Shown in pieces: positions 26,101-41,500 of a stretch of DNA of 64,000 nt. The notes beneath the pieces are model-generated. The model was not told where the DNA came from. It ran no database searches and saw only the letters and a program-made list of their open reading frames with translations. The position numbers and the translations under genes were made by a program. Each line of letters opens with the position of its first letter. Positions within the stretch are counted from its first letter, which is position 1. The stretch is from NCBI GenBank assembly GCA_040954595.2, contig CM082590.2, forward strand, positions 2,790,001-2,854,000, given 5' to 3'. The DNA comes from Balanoglossus misakiensis (Eukaryota; Animalia; Hemichordata).

Positions 26101-29100
26101 AGAACACATATATAGGCCTATGCGCATAATAACGTTTTCCACTAGACTCTGTAGATCGACGGATAGTTGTAAAATTTCCATGGTTGCTTCCAAACAGCCT
26201 CGTTTATTTACCGAATTCTGTTGTGAGGCGCAGAACACATAGATAGGCATATGTGCATAAGAAAGTTTTCCACTATAGACTCTATAGATCGAGAGATAGT
26301 TCTAAAATGTCCATGGTTGCTTCCAAACACAGCCTCGTTTGTTTACAAAATTCTGTTGTGATGCGCAGAACACATATATAGGCCTATGCGCATAAGAACG
26401 TTTCCACTAGACTCTGTAGATCGACGGATAGCTGTAAAATTTCCATGGTTGCTTTTAAACAGCCTCGTTTATTTACCGATTCCTGTTGTGAGGCGCAGAA
26501 CACATAGATAGGCATATGTGCATAAGAAAGTTTTCCACTATAGACTCTGTAGATCGAGAGATAGTTCTAAAATGTCCATGGTTGCTACCAAACACAGCCT
26601 CGTTTGTTTACAAAATTCTGTTGTGATGCGCAGAACACATATATAGGCCTATGCGCATAAGAACGTTTCCACTAGACTCTGTAGATCGACGGATAGCTGT
26701 AAAATTTCCATGGTTGCTTCCAAACAGCCTCGTTTATTTACCGATTTCTGTTGTGAGGCGCAGAACACATGATAGGCCTATGCGCATGAGACATTTTTCC
26801 ACTAGACTCTGTAGATCGACGGATAGTTGTAAAATTTCATGGTTGCTTCCAAATACAGCCTCGTTTATTTACCGATTTCTGTTGTGAGGCGCAGAACACA
26901 TAGATAGGCCTATGTGCATAAGAAAGTTTTCCACTATAGACTCTGTAGATCGAGAGATAGTTCTAAAATGTCCATGGTTGCTTCCAAACACAGCCTCGTT
27001 TGTTTACAAAATTCTGTTGTGATGCGCAGAACACATATATAGGCCTATGCGCATAATAACGTTTTCCACTAGACTCTGTAGATCGACGGATAGTTGTAAA
27101 ATTTCCATGGTTGCTTCCAAACAGCCTCGTTTATTTACCGAATTCTGTTGTGAGGCGCAGAACACATAGATAGGCATATGTGCATAATAACGTTTTCCAC
27201 TAGACTCTGTAGATCGACGGATAGTTGTAAAATGTCCATGGTTGCTTCCAAACAGCCTCGTTTATTTACCGAATTCTGTTGTGATGCGCAGAACACATAG
27301 ATAGGCCTATGCGCATAATAACGTTTTCCACTAGACTCTGTAGATCGACGGATAGTTGTAAAATTTCCATGGTTGCTTCCAAACAGCCTCGTTTATTTAC
27401 CGAATTCTGTTGTGAGGCGCAGAACACATAGATAGGCATATGTGCATAAGAAAGTTTTCCACTATAGACTCTATAGATCGAGAGATAGTTCTAAAATGTC
27501 CATGGTTGCTTCCAAACACAGCCTCGTTTGTTTACAAAATTCTGTTGTGATGCGCAGAACACATATATAGGCCTATGCGCATAAGAACGTTTCCACTAGA
27601 CTCTGTAGATCGACGGATAGCTGTAAAATTTCCATGGTTGCTTTTAAACAGCCTCGTTTATTTACCGATTCCTGTTGTGAGGCGCAGAACACATAGATAG
27701 GCATATGTGCATAAGAAAGTTTTCCACTATAGACTCTGTAGATCGAGAGATAGTTCTAAAATGTCCATGGTTGCTACCAAACACAGCCTCGTTTGTTTAC
27801 AAAATTCTGTTGTGATGCGCAGAACACATATATAGGCCTATGCGCATAAGAACGTTTCCACTAGACTCTGTAGATCGACGGATAGCTGTAAAATTTCCAT
27901 GGTTGCTTCCAAACAGCCTCGTTTATTTACCGATTTCTGTTGTGAGGCGCAGAACACATGATAGGCCTATGCGCATGAGACATTTTTCCACTAGACTCTG
28001 TAGATCGACGGATAGTTGTAAAATTTCATGGTTGCTTCCAAATACAGCCTCGTTTATTTACCGATTTCTGTTGTGAGGCGCAGAACACATAGATAGGCCT
28101 ATGTGCATAAGAAAGTTTTCCACTATAGACTCTGTAGATCGAGAGATAGTTCTAAAATGTCCATGGTTGCTTCCAAACACAGCCTCGTTTGTTTACAAAT
28201 TTCTGTTGTGATGCGCAGAACACATATATAGGCCTATGCGCATAATAACGTTTTCCACTAGACTCTGTAGATCGACGGATAGTTGTAAAATTTCCATGGT
28301 TGCTTCCAAACAGCCTCGTTTATTTACCGAATTCTGTTGTGAGGCGCAGAACACATAGATAGGCATATGTGCATAAGAAAGTTTTCCACTATAGACTCTG
28401 TAGATCGAGAGATAGTTCTAAAATGTCCATGGTTGCTACCAAACACAGCCTCGTTTGTTTACAAAATTCTGTTGTGATGCGCAGAACACATATATAGGCC
28501 TATGCGCATAAGAACGTTTCCACTAGACTCTGTAGATCGACGGATAGCTGTAAAATTTCATGGTTGCTTCCAAATACAGCCTCGTTTATTTACCGATTTC
28601 TGTTGTGATGCGCATAACACATAGATAGGCCTATGCGCATAAGAACGTTTTACACTAGACTCTGTAGATCGACGGATAGTTGTACAATTTCCATGGTTGC
28701 TTCCAAACAGCCTCGTTTATTTACCGATTTCTGTTGTGAGGCGCAGAACACATGATAGGCCTATGCGCATAAGACATTTTTCCACTAGACTCTGTAGATC
28801 GACGGATAGTTCTAAAAGTTCCATGGTTGCTTCCAAACAGCCTCGTTTATTTACCGATTTCTGTTGTGATGCGCAGAACACATAGATAGGCATATGTGCA
28901 TAATAAAGTTTTCCACTAGACTCTGTAGATCGACGGATAGTTGTAAAATTTCCATGGTTGCTTCCAAACAGCCTCGTTTATTTACCGAATTCTGTTGTGA
29001 GGCGCAGAGCACGTAATAGGCCTATGCGCATAAGAAAGTTTTCCACCAGACTCTGTAGATCGACGGATAGTTGTAAAATTTCCATGGTTGCTTCCAAACA

Positions 29101-30949
29101 GCCTCGTTTATTTACCGATTTCTGTTGTGATGCGCAGAACACATAGATAGGCATATGTGCATAATAAAGTTTTCCACTAGACTCTGTAGATCGAGAGATA
29201 GTTCTAAAATTTCCATGGTTGCTTCCAAACACAGCCTCGTTTGTTTACAAAATTCTGTTGTGATGCGCAGAACACATATATAGGCCTATGCGCATAATAA
29301 CGTTTTCCACTAGACTCTGTAGATCGACGGATAGTTGTAAAATTTCCATGGTTGCTTCCAAACAGCCTCGTTTATTTACCGAATTCTGTTGTGAGGCGCA
29401 GAACACATAGATAGGCATATGTGCATAAGAAAGTTTTCCACTATAGACTCTATAGATCGAGAGATAGTTCTAAAATGTCCATGGTTGCTTCCAAACACAG
29501 CCTCGTTTGTTTACAAAATTCTGTTGTGATGCGCAGAACACATATATAGGCCTATGCGCATAAGAACGTTTCCACTAGACTCTGTAGATCGACGGATAGC
29601 TGTAAAATTTCCATGGTTGCTTTTAAACAGCCTCGTTTATTTACCGATTCCTGTTGTGAGGCGCAGAACACATAGATAGGCATATGTGCATAAGAAAGTT
29701 TTCCACTATAGACTCTGTAGATCGAGAGATAGTTCTAAAATGTCCATGGTTGCTACCAAACACAGCCTCGTTTGTTTACAAAATTCTGTTGTGATGCGCA
29801 GAACACATATATAGGCCTATGCGCATAAGAACGTTTCCACTAGACTCTGTAGATCGACGGATAGCTGTAAAATTTCCATGGTTGCTTCCAAACAGCCTCG
29901 TTTATTTACCGATTTCTGTTGTGAGGCGCAGAACACATGATAGGCCTATGCGCATGAGACATTTTTCCACTAGACTCTGTAGATCGACGGATAGTTGTAA
30001 AATTTCATGGTTGCTTCCAAATACAGCCTCGTTTATTTACCGATTTCTGTTGTGAGGCGCAGAACACATAGATAGGCCTATGTGCATAAGAAAGTTTTCC
30101 ACTATAGACTCTGTAGATCGAGAGATAGTTCTAAAATGTCCATGGTCGCTTCCAAACACAGCCTCGTTTGTTTACAAAATTCTGTTGTGATGCGCAGAAC
30201 ACATATATAGGCCTATGCGCATAATAACGTTTTCCACTAGACTCTGTAGATCGACGGATAGTTGTAAAATTTCCATGGTTGCTTCCAAACAGCCTCGTTT
30301 ATTTACCGAATTCTGTTGTGAGGCGCAGAACACATAGATAGGCATATGTGCATAAGAAAGTTTTCCACTATAGACTCTGTAGATCGAGAGATAGTTTTAA
30401 AATGTCCATGGTTGCTACCAAACACAGCCTCGTTTGTTTACAAAATTCTGTTGTGATGCGCAGAACACATATATAGGCCTATGCGCATAAGAACGTTTCC
30501 ACTAGACTCTGTAGATCGACGGATAGCTGTAAAATTTCATGGTTGCTTCCAAATACAGCCTCGTTTATTTACCGATTTCTGTTGTGATGCGCATAACACA
30601 TAGATAGGCCTATGCGCATAAGAACGTTTTACACTAGACTCTGTAGATCGACGGATAGTTGTACAATTTCCATGGTTGCTTCCAAACAGCCTCGTTTATT
30701 TACCGATTTCTGTTGTGAGGCGCAGAACACATGATAGGCCTATGCGCATAAGACATTTTTCCACTAGACTCTGTAGATCGACGGATAGTTCTAAAAGTTC
30801 CATGGTTGCTTCCAAACAGCCTCGTTTATTTATCGAATTCTGTTGTGAGGCGCAGAGCACGTAATAGGCCTATGCGCATCAGAAAGTTTTCCACCAGACT
30901 CTGTAGATCGACGGATAGTTGTACAATTTCCATGGTTGCTTCCAAACAC

Positions 30950-32270
30950 AGCCTCGTTTGTTTACAAAATTCTGTTGTGATGCGCAGAACACATATATAG
31001 GCCTATGCGCATAATAACGTTTTCCACTAGACTCTGTAGATCGACGGATAGTTGTAAAATTTCCATGGTTGCTTCCAAACAGCCTCGTTTATTTACCGAA
31101 TTCTGTTGTGAGGCGCAGAACACATAGATAGGCATATGTGCATAAGAAAGTTTTCCACTATAGACTCTATAGATCGAGAGATAGTTCTAAAATGTCCATG
31201 GTTGCTTCCAAACACAGCCTCGTTTGTTTACAAAATTCTGTTGTGATGCGCAGAACACATATATAGGCCTATGCGAATAAGAACGTTTCCACTAGACTCT
31301 GTAGATCGACGGATAGCTGTAAAATTTCCATGATTGCTTTTAAACAGCCTCGTTTATTTACCGATTTCTGTTGTGAGGCGCAGAACACATAGATAGGCAT
31401 ATGTGCATAAGAAAGTTTTCCACTATAGACTCTGTAGATCGAGAGATAGTTCTAAAATGTCCATGGTTGCTTCCAAACACAGCCTCGTTTGTTTACAAAA
31501 TTCTGTTGTGATGCGCAGAACACATATATAGGCCTATGCGCATAAGAACGTTTCCACTAGACTCTGTAGATCGACGGATAGCTGTAAAATTTCCATGGTT
31601 GCTTTTAAACAGCCTCGTTTATTTACCGATTTCTGTTGTGAGGCGCAGAACACATAGATAGGCATATGTGCATAAGAAAGTTTTCCACTATAGACTCTGT
31701 AGATCGAGAGATAGTTCTAAAATGTCCATGGTTGCTTCCAAACACAGCCTCGTTTGTTTACAAAATTCTGTTATGATGCGCAGAACACATATATAGGCCT
31801 ATGCGCATAAGAACGTTTCCACTAGACTCTGTAGATCGACGGATAGCTGTAAAATTTCCATGGTTGCTTTTAAACAGCCTCGTTTATTTACCGATTCCTG
31901 TTGTGAGGCGCAGAACACATAGATAGGCATATGTGCATAAGAAAGTTTTCCACTATAGACTCTGTAGATCGAGAGATAGTTCTAAAATGTCCATGGTTGC
32001 TTCCAAACACAGCCTCGTTTGTTTACAAAATTCTGTTATGATGCGCAGAACACATATATAGGCCTATGCGCATAAGAACGTTTCCACTAGACTCTGTAGA
32101 TCGACGGATAGCTGTAAAATTTCCATGGTTGCTTTTAAACAGCCTCGTTTATTTACCGATTTCTGTTGTGAGGCGCAGAACACATAGATAGGCATATGTG
32201 CATAAGAAAGTTTTCCACTATAGACTCTGTAGATCGAGAGATAGTTCTAAAATGTCCATGGTTGCTTCCA
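30950..32270 (+). repeat. Run of A/B dimers, period 265 bp
   Basis: CCACTATAGAC at 31155, 31420, 31685, 31950 and 32215 alternates with CAAACACAGCC...TTTGTTTACAAAA monomers. Confidence 0.9.
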
Positions 32271-35200
32271 AACACAGCCTCGTTTATTTACCGATTTCTG
32301 TTGTGATGCGCATAACACATAGATAGGCCTATGCGCATAAGAACGTTTTCCACTAGACTCTGTAGATCGACGGATAGTTGTACAATTTCCATGGTTGCTT
32401 CCAAACAGCATCGTTTATTTACCGAATTCTGTTGTGAGGCGCAGAACACGTAATAGGCCTATGCGCATAAGAACGTTTCCACTAGACTCTGTAGATCGAC
32501 GGATAGCTGTAAAATTTCCATGGTTGCTTTTAAACAGCCTCGTTTATTTACCGATTTCTGTTGTGAGGCGCAGAACACATAGATAGGCATATGTGCATAA
32601 GAAAGTTTTCCACTATAGACTCTGTAGATCGAGAGATAGTTCTAAAATGTCCATGGTTGCTTCCAAACACAGCCTCGTTTGTTTACAAAATTCTGTTATG
32701 ATGCGCAGAACACATATATAGGCCTATGCGCATAAGAACGTTTCCACTAGACTCTGTAGATCGACGGATAGCTGTAAAATTTCCATGGTTGCTTTTAAAC
32801 AGCCTCGTTTATTTACCGATTTCTGTTGTGAGGCGCAGAACACATAGATAGGCATATGTGCATAAGAAAGTTTTCCACTATAGACTCTGTAGATCGAGAG
32901 ATAGTTGTAAAATTTCCATGGTTGCTTCCAAACAGCCTCGTTTATTTACCGATTTCTGTTGTGAGGCGCAGAACACATAGATAGGCCTATGCGCATAAAA
33001 AACTTTTCAACTTTAGATCAACGGATAGTTCAAAAATTTCCATGCTTGTTTCCAAACAGCCTCGTTTATTTACCGAATTCTGTTGTGATGCGTAGAACAC
33101 ATACATATGCCTATGCGCATAAGAACGTTTTCCACTAGACTCCGTAGATCGACGAATAGTTCTAAAATGTCCATGGTTGCTTCCAAACAGCCTCGTTTAT
33201 TTACCGAATTCTGTTGTGAGGCACAGAACACATTGATAGGCCTATGTGCATAAGAAAGTTTTCCACTATAGACTCTGTAGATCGAGAGATAGTTCTAAAA
33301 TGTCCATGGTTGCTTCCAAACACAGCCTCGTTTGTTTACAAAATTCTGTTGTGATGCGCAGAACACATATATAGGCCTATGCGAATAAGAACGTTTCCAC
33401 TAGACTCTGTAGATCGACGGATAGCTGTAAAATTTCCATGATTGCTTTTAAACAGCCTCGTTTATTTACCGATTTCTGTTGTGAGGCGCAGAACACATAG
33501 ATAGGCATATGTGAATAAGAAAGTTTTCCACTATAGACTCTGTAGATCGAGAGATAGTTGTAAAATTTCCATGGTTGCTTCCAAACAGCCTCGTTTATTT
33601 ACCGATTTCTGTTGTGAGGCGCAGAACACATAGATAGGCCTATGCGCATAAAAAACTTTTCAACTTTAGATCAACGGATAGTTCAAAAATTTCCATGGTT
33701 GTTTCCAAACAGCCTCGTTTATTTACCGAATTCTGTTGTGATGCGTAGAACACATACATATGCCTATGCGCATAAGAAAGTTTTCCACTAGACTCCGTAG
33801 ATCGACGAATAGTTCTAAAATGTCCATGGTTGCTTCCAAACAGCCTCGTTTATTGACGGAATTCTGTTGTGAGGCACAGAACACATTGATAGGCCTATGT
33901 GCATAAGAAAGTTTTCCACTATAGACTCTGTAGATCGAGAGATAGTTCTAAAATGTCCATGGTTGCTTCCAAACACAGCCTCGTTTGTTTACAAAATTCT
34001 GTTGTGATGCGCAGAACACATATATAGGCCTATGCGCATAAGAACGTTTCCACTAGACTCTGTAGATCGACGGATAGCTGTAAAATTTCCATGGTTGCTT
34101 TTAAACAGCCTCGTTTATTTACCGATTTCTGTTGTGAGGCGCAGAACACATAGATAGGCATATGTGCATAAGAAAGTTTTCCACTATAGACTCTGTAGAT
34201 CGAGAGATAGTTCTAAAATGTCCATGGTTGCTTCCAAACACAGCCTCGTTTGTTTACAAAATTCTGTTATGATGCGCAGAACACATATATAGGCCTATGC
34301 GCATAAGAACGTTTCCACTAGACTCTGTAGATCGACGGATAGCTGTAAAATTTCCATGGTTGCTTTTAAACAGCCTCGTTTATTTACCGATTTCTGTTGT
34401 GAGGCGCAGAACACATAGATAGGCATATGTGCATAAGAAAGTTTTCCACTATAGACTCTGTAGATCGAGAGATAGTTCTAAAATGTCCATGGTTGCTTCC
34501 AAACACAGCCTCGTTTATTTACCGATTTCTGTTGTGATGCGCATAACACATAGATAGGCCTATGCGCATAAGAACGTTTTCCACTAGACTCTGTAGATCG
34601 ACGGATAGTTGTACAATTTCCATGGTTGCTTCCAAACAGCATCGTTTATTTACCGAATTCTGTTGTGAGGCGCAGAACACGTAATAGGTCTATGCGCATA
34701 AGGAAGTTTTCCACCAGACTCTGTAGATCGACGGATAGTTGTAAAATTTCATGGTTGCTTCCAAATACAGCCTCGTTTATTTACCGATTTCTGTTGTGAT
34801 GCGCATAACACATAGATAGGCCTATGCGCATAAGAACGTTTTCCACTAGACTATGTAGATCGACGGATAGTTGCACAATTTCCATGGTTGCTTCCAAACA
34901 GCCTCGTTTATTTACCGATTTCTGTTGTGAGGCGCAGAACACATGATAGGCCTATGCGCATAAGACATTTTTCCACTAGACTCTGTAGATCGACGGATAG
35001 TTCTAAAATTTCCATGGTTGCTTCCAAACAGCCTTGTTTATTTACCGAATTCTGTTGTGAGGCGCAGAGCACGCAATAGGCCTATGCGCATAAGAAAGTT
35101 TTCCACCAGACTCCGTAGATCGACGGATAGTTGTAAAATTTCCATGGTTGTTTCCAAACACAGCCTCGTTCATTTACAAAATTCTGTTGTGATGCGCTGA

Positions 35201-35649
35201 ACACATACATATGCCTATGCGCATAAGAAAGTTTCCCACTAGACTCTGTAGATCGACGGATAGCTGTAAAATTTCCATGGTTGCTTCCAAACAGCCTCGT
35301 TTATTTACCGATTTCTGTTGTGAGGCGCAGAACACATGATAGGCCTATGCGCATGAGACATTTTTCCACTAGACTCTGTAGATCGACGGATAGTTGTAAA
35401 ATTTCATGGTTGCTTCCAAATACAGCCTCGTTTATTTACCGATTTCTGTTGTGAGGCGCAGAACACATAGATAGGCCTATGTGCATAAGAAAGTTTTCCA
35501 CTATAGACTCTGTAGATCGAGAGATAGTTCTAAAATGTCCATGGTTGCTTCCAAACACAGCCTCGTTTGTTTACAAAATTCTGTTGTGATGCGCAGAACA
35601 CATATATAGGCCTATGCGCATAATAACGTTTTCCACTAGACTCTGTAGA

Positions 35650-38550
35650 TCGACGGATAGTTGTAAAATTTCATGGTTGCTTCCAAATACAGCCTCGTTT
35701 ATTTACCGATTTCTGTTGTGATGCGCATAACACATAGATAGGCCTATGCGCATAAGAACGTTTTCCACTAGACTATGTAGATCGACGGATAGTTGCACAA
35801 TTTCCATGGTTGCTTCCAAACAGCCTCGTTTATTTACCGATTTCTGTTGTGAGGCGCAGAACACATGATAGGCCTATGCGCATAAGACATTTTTCCACTA
35901 GACTCTGTAGATCGACGGATAGTTCTAAAATTTCCATGGTTGCTTCCAAACAGCCTTGTTTATTTACCGAATTCTGTTGTGAGGCGCAGAGCACGCAATA
36001 GGCCTATGCGCATAAGAAAGTTTTCCACCAGACTCCGTAGATCGACGGATAGTTGTAAAATTTCCATGGTTGTTTCCAAACACAGCCTCGTTCATTTACA
36101 AAATTCTGTTGTGATGCGCTGAACACATACATATGCCTATGCGCATAAGAAAGTTTCCCACTAGACTCTGTAGATCGACGGATAGTTCTAAAATTTCCAT
36201 GATTGCTTCCAAACACATCCTCGATTGTTTACAAAATTCTGTTGTAATGCGCAGAACACATAGATAGGCCTGTGCGCATATGAACGTTTTCCACTATACA
36301 CTGTAGATCCAGAGATAGTTCTAAAACTTCCATGTTTGCTTCCAAACAGCCTCGTTTATTTGCGGAATTCTGTTTTGAGGCGCAGAACACATAGATAGGC
36401 ATATGTGAATAAGAAAGTTTTCCACTATAGACTCTGTAGATCGAGAGATAGTTGTAAAATTTCCATGGTTGCTTCCAAACAGCCTCGTTTATTTACCGAT
36501 TTCTGTTGTGAGGCGCAGAACACATAGATAGGCCTATGCGCATAAAAAACTTTTCAACTTTAGATCAACGGATAGTTCAAAAATTTCCATGGTTGTTTCC
36601 AAACAGCCTCGTTTATTTACCGAATTCTGTTGTGATGCGTAGAACACATACATATGCCTATGCGCATAAGAAAGTTTTCCACTAGACTCCGTAGATCGAC
36701 GAATAGTTCTAAAATGTCCATGGTTGCTTCCAAACAGCCTCGTTTATTGACGGAATTCTGTTTTGAGGCGCAGAACACATAGATAGGCATATGTGCATAA
36801 GAAAGTTTTCCACTATAGACTCTGTACATCGAGAGATAGTTCTAAAATGTCCATGGTTGCTTCCAAACACAGCCTCGTTTGTTTACAAAATTCTGTTATG
36901 ATGCGCAGAACACATATATAGGCCTATGCGCATAAGAACGTTTCCACTAGACTCTGTAGATCGACGGATAGCTGTAAAATTTCCATGGTTGCTTTTAAAC
37001 AGCCTCGTTTATTTACCGATTTCTGTTGTGAGGCGCAGAACACATAGATAGGCATATGTGCATAAGAAAGTTTTCCACTATAGACTCTGTAGATCGAGAG
37101 ATAGTTCTAAAATGTCCATGGTTGCTTCCAAACACAGCCTCGTTTATTTACCGATTTCTGTTGTGATGCGCATAACACATAGATAGGCCTATGCGCATAA
37201 GAACGTTTTCCACTAGACTCTGTAGATCGACGGATAGTTGTACAATTTCCATGGTTGCTTCCAAACAGCATCGTTTATTTACCGAATTCTGTTGTGAGGC
37301 GCAGAACACGTAATAGGTCTATGCGCATAAGGAAGTTTTCCACCAGACTCTGTAGATCGACGGATAGTTGTAAAATTTCATGGTTGCTTCCAAATACAGC
37401 CTCGTTTATTTACCGATTTCTGTTGTGATGCGCATAACACATAGATAGGCCTATGCGCATAAGAACGTTTTCCACTAGACTATGTAGATCGACGGATAGT
37501 TGCACAATTTCCATGGTTGCTTCCAAACAGCCTCGTTTATTTACCGATTTCTGTTGTGAGGCGCAGAACACATGATAGGCCTATGCGCATAAGACATTTT
37601 TCCACTAGACTCTGTAGATCGACGGATAGTTCTAAAATTTCCATGGTTGCTTCCAAACAGCCTTGTTTATTTACCGAATTCTGTTGTGAGGCGCAGAGCA
37701 CGCAATAGGCCTATGCGCATAAGAAAGTTTTCCACCAGACTCCGTAGATCGACGGATAGTTGTAAAATTTCCATGGTTGTTTCCAAACACAGCCTCGTTC
37801 ATTTACAAAATTCTGTTGTGATGCGCTGAACACATACATATGCCTATGCGCATAAGAAAGTTTCCCACTAGACTCTGTAGATCGACGGATAGTTCTAAAA
37901 TTTCCATGATTGCTTCCAAACACATCCTCGATTGTTTACAAAATTCTGTTGTAATGCGCAGAACACATAGATAGGCCTGTGCGCATATGAACGTTTTCCA
38001 CTATACACTGTAGATCCAGAGATAGTTCTAAAACTTCCATGTTTGCTTCCAAACAGCCTCGTTTATTTGCGGAATTCTGTTTTGAGGCGCAGAACACATA
38101 GATAGGCATATGTGAATAAGAAAGTTTTCCACTATAGACTCTGTAGATCGAGAGATAGTTGTAAAATTTCCATGGTTGCTTCCAAACAGCCTCGTTTATT
38201 TACCGATTTCTGTTGTGAGGCGCAGAACACATAGATAGGCCTATGCGCATAAAAAACTTTTCAACTTTAGATCAACGGATAGTTCAAAAATTTCCATGGT
38301 TGTTTCCAAACAGCCTCGTTTATTTACCAAATTCTGTTGTGATGCGTAGAACACATACATATGCCTATGCGCATAAGAAAGTTTTCCACTAGACTCCGTA
38401 GATCGACGAATAGTTCTAAAATGTCCATGGTTGCTTCCAAACAGCCTCGTTTATTGACGGAATTCTGTTTTGAGGCGCAGAACACATAGATAGGCATATG
38501 TGCATAAGAAAGTTTTCCACTATAGACTCTGTACATCGAGAGATAGTTCT
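35650..38550 (+). repeat. Higher-order duplication, period 1707 bp (13 monomers)
   Basis: ORF pairs 35810/37517, 36004/37711 and 36617/38324. Shared private variants GACTATGTAG, AGTTGCACAA, GGCCTGTGCG and AGATCCAGAG. Confidence 0.88.
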
Positions 38551-41500
38551 AAAATTTCCATGGTTGCTTCCAAACACAGCCTCGTTTGTTTACAAAATTC
38601 TGTTGTGATGCGCAGAACACATATATAGGCCTATGCGCATAAGAACGTTTTCCACTAGACTCTGTAGATCGACGGATAGTTCTAAAATGTCCATGGTTGC
38701 TTCCAAACAGCCTCGTTTATTTACCGAATTCTGTTGTGAGGCGCAGAACACATAGATAGGCATATGTGCATAAGAAAGTTTTCCACTATAGACTCTGTAG
38801 ATCGAGAGATAGTTCTAAAATGTCCATGGTTGCTACCAAACACAGCCTCGTTTGTTTACAAAATTCTGTTGTGATGCGCAGAACACATATATAGGCCTAT
38901 GCGCATAAGAACGTTTCCACTAGACTCTGTAGATCGACGGATAGCTGTAAAATTTCCATGGTTGCTTCCAAACAGCCTCGTTTATTTACCGATTTCTGTT
39001 GTGAGGCGCAGAACACATGATAGGCCTATGCGCATGAGACATTTTTCCACTAGACTCTGTAGATCGACGGATAGCTGTAAAATGTCCATGGTTGCTTCCA
39101 AACACAGCCTCGTTTGTTTACAAAATTCTGTTGTGATGCGCAGAACACATATATAGGCCTATGCGCATAAGAACGTTTTCCACTAGACTTTGTAGATCGA
39201 CGGATAGTTGTACAATGTCCATGGTTGCTTCCAAACAGCCTCGTTTATTTACCGAATTCTGTTGTGAGGCGCAGAACACGTAATAGGTCTATGCGCATAA
39301 GGAAGTTTTCCACCAGACTCTGTAGATCGACGGATAGTTCTAAAATGTCCATGGTTGCTTCCAAACACAGCCTCGTTTGTTTACAAAATTCTGTTGTGAT
39401 GCGCAGAACACATATATAGGCCTATGCGCAGAAGAACGTTTTCCACTAGACTTTGTAGATCGACGGATAGTTGTACAATGTCCATGGTTGCTTCCAAACA
39501 GCCTCGTTTATTTACCGAATTCTGTTGTGAGGCGCAGAACACATAGATAGGCATATGTGCATAAGAAAGTTTTCCACTATAGACTCTGTACATCGAGAGA
39601 TAGTTCTAAAATTTCCATGGTTGCTTCCAAACACAGCCTCGTTTGTTTACAAAATTCTGTTGTGATGCGCAGAACACATATATAGGCCTATGCGCATAAG
39701 AACGTTTTCCACTAGACTCTGTAGATCGACGGATAGTTCTAAAATGTCCATGGTTGCTTCCAAACAGCCTCGTTTATTTACCGAATTCTGTTGTGAGGCG
39801 CAGAACACATAGATAGGCATATGTGCATAAGAAAGTTTTCCACTATAGACTCTGTAGATCGAGAGATAGTTCTAAAATGTCCATGGTTGCTACCAAACAC
39901 AGCCTCGTTTGTTTACAAAATTCTGTTGTGATGCGCAGAACACATATATAGGCCTATGCGCATAAGAACGTTTCCACTAGACTCTGTAGATCGACGGATA
40001 GCTGTAAAATTTCCATGGTTGCTTCCAAACAGCCTCGTTTATTTACCGATTTCTGTTGTGAGGCGCAGAACACATGATAGGCCTATGCGCATGAGACATT
40101 TTTCCACTAGACTCTGTAGATCGACGGATAGCTGTAAAATGTCCATGGTTGCTTCCAAACACAGCCTCGTTTGTTTACAAAATTCTGTTGTGATGCGCAG
40201 AACACATATATAGGCCTATGCGCATAAGAACGTTTTCCACTAGACTTTGTAGATCGACGGATAGTTGTACAATGTCCATGGTTGCTTCCAAACAGCCTCG
40301 TTTATTTACCGAATTCTGTTGTGAGGCGCAGAACACGTAATAGGTCTATGCGCATAAGGAAGTTTTCCACCAGACTCTGTAGATCGACGGATAGTTCTAA
40401 AATGTCCATGGTTGCTTCCAAACACAGCCTCGTTTGTTTACAAAATTCTGTTGTGATGCGCAGAACACATATATAGGCCTATGCGCATAAGAACGTTTTC
40501 CACTAGACTTTGTAGATCGACGGATAGTTGTACAATGTCCATGGTTGCTTCCAAACAGCCTCGTTTATTTACCGAATTCTGTTGTGAGGCGCAGAACACG
40601 TAATAGGTCTATGCGCATAAGGAAGTTTTCCACCAGACTCTGTAGATCGACGGATAGTTGTAAAATTTCATGGTTGCTTCCAAATACAGCCTCGTTTATT
40701 TACCGATTTCTGTTGTGATGCGCATAACACATAGATAGGCCTATGCGCATAAGAACGTTTTCCACTAGACTCTGTAGATCGACGGATAGTTGTACAATTT
40801 CCATGGTTGCTTCCAAACAGCCTCGTTTATTTACCGAATTCTGTTGTGAGGCGCAGAACACATAGATAGGCATATGTGCATAAGAAAGTTTTCCACTATA
40901 GACTCTGTAGATCGAGAGATAGTTCTAAAATGTCCACGGTTGCTTCCAAACACAGCCTCGTTTGTTTACAAAATTCTGTTGTGATGCGCAGAACACATAT
41001 ATAGGCCTATGCGCATAAGAATGTTTCCACTAGACTCTGTAGATCGACGGATAGCTGTAAAATTTCCATGGTTGCTTCCAAACAGCCTCGTTTATTTACC
41101 GAATTCTGTTGTGAGGCGCAGAACACATAGATAGGCATATGTGCATAAGAAAGTTTTCCACTATAGACTCTGTAGATCGAGAGATAGTTCTAAAATGTCC
41201 ATGGTTGCTTCCAAACACAGCCTCGTTTATTTACCGATTTCTGTTGTGATGCGCATAACACATAGATAGGCCTATGCGCATAAGAACGTTTTCCACTAGA
41301 CTCTGTAGATCGACGGATAGTTGTACAATTTCCATGGTTGCTTCCAAACAGCATCGTTTATTTACCGAATTCTGTTGTGAGGCGCAGAACACGTAATAGG
41401 TCTATGCGCATAAGGAAGTTTTCCACCAGACTCTGTAGATCGACGGATAGTTGTAAAATTTCATGGTTGCTTCCAAATACAGCCTCGTTTATTTACCGAT

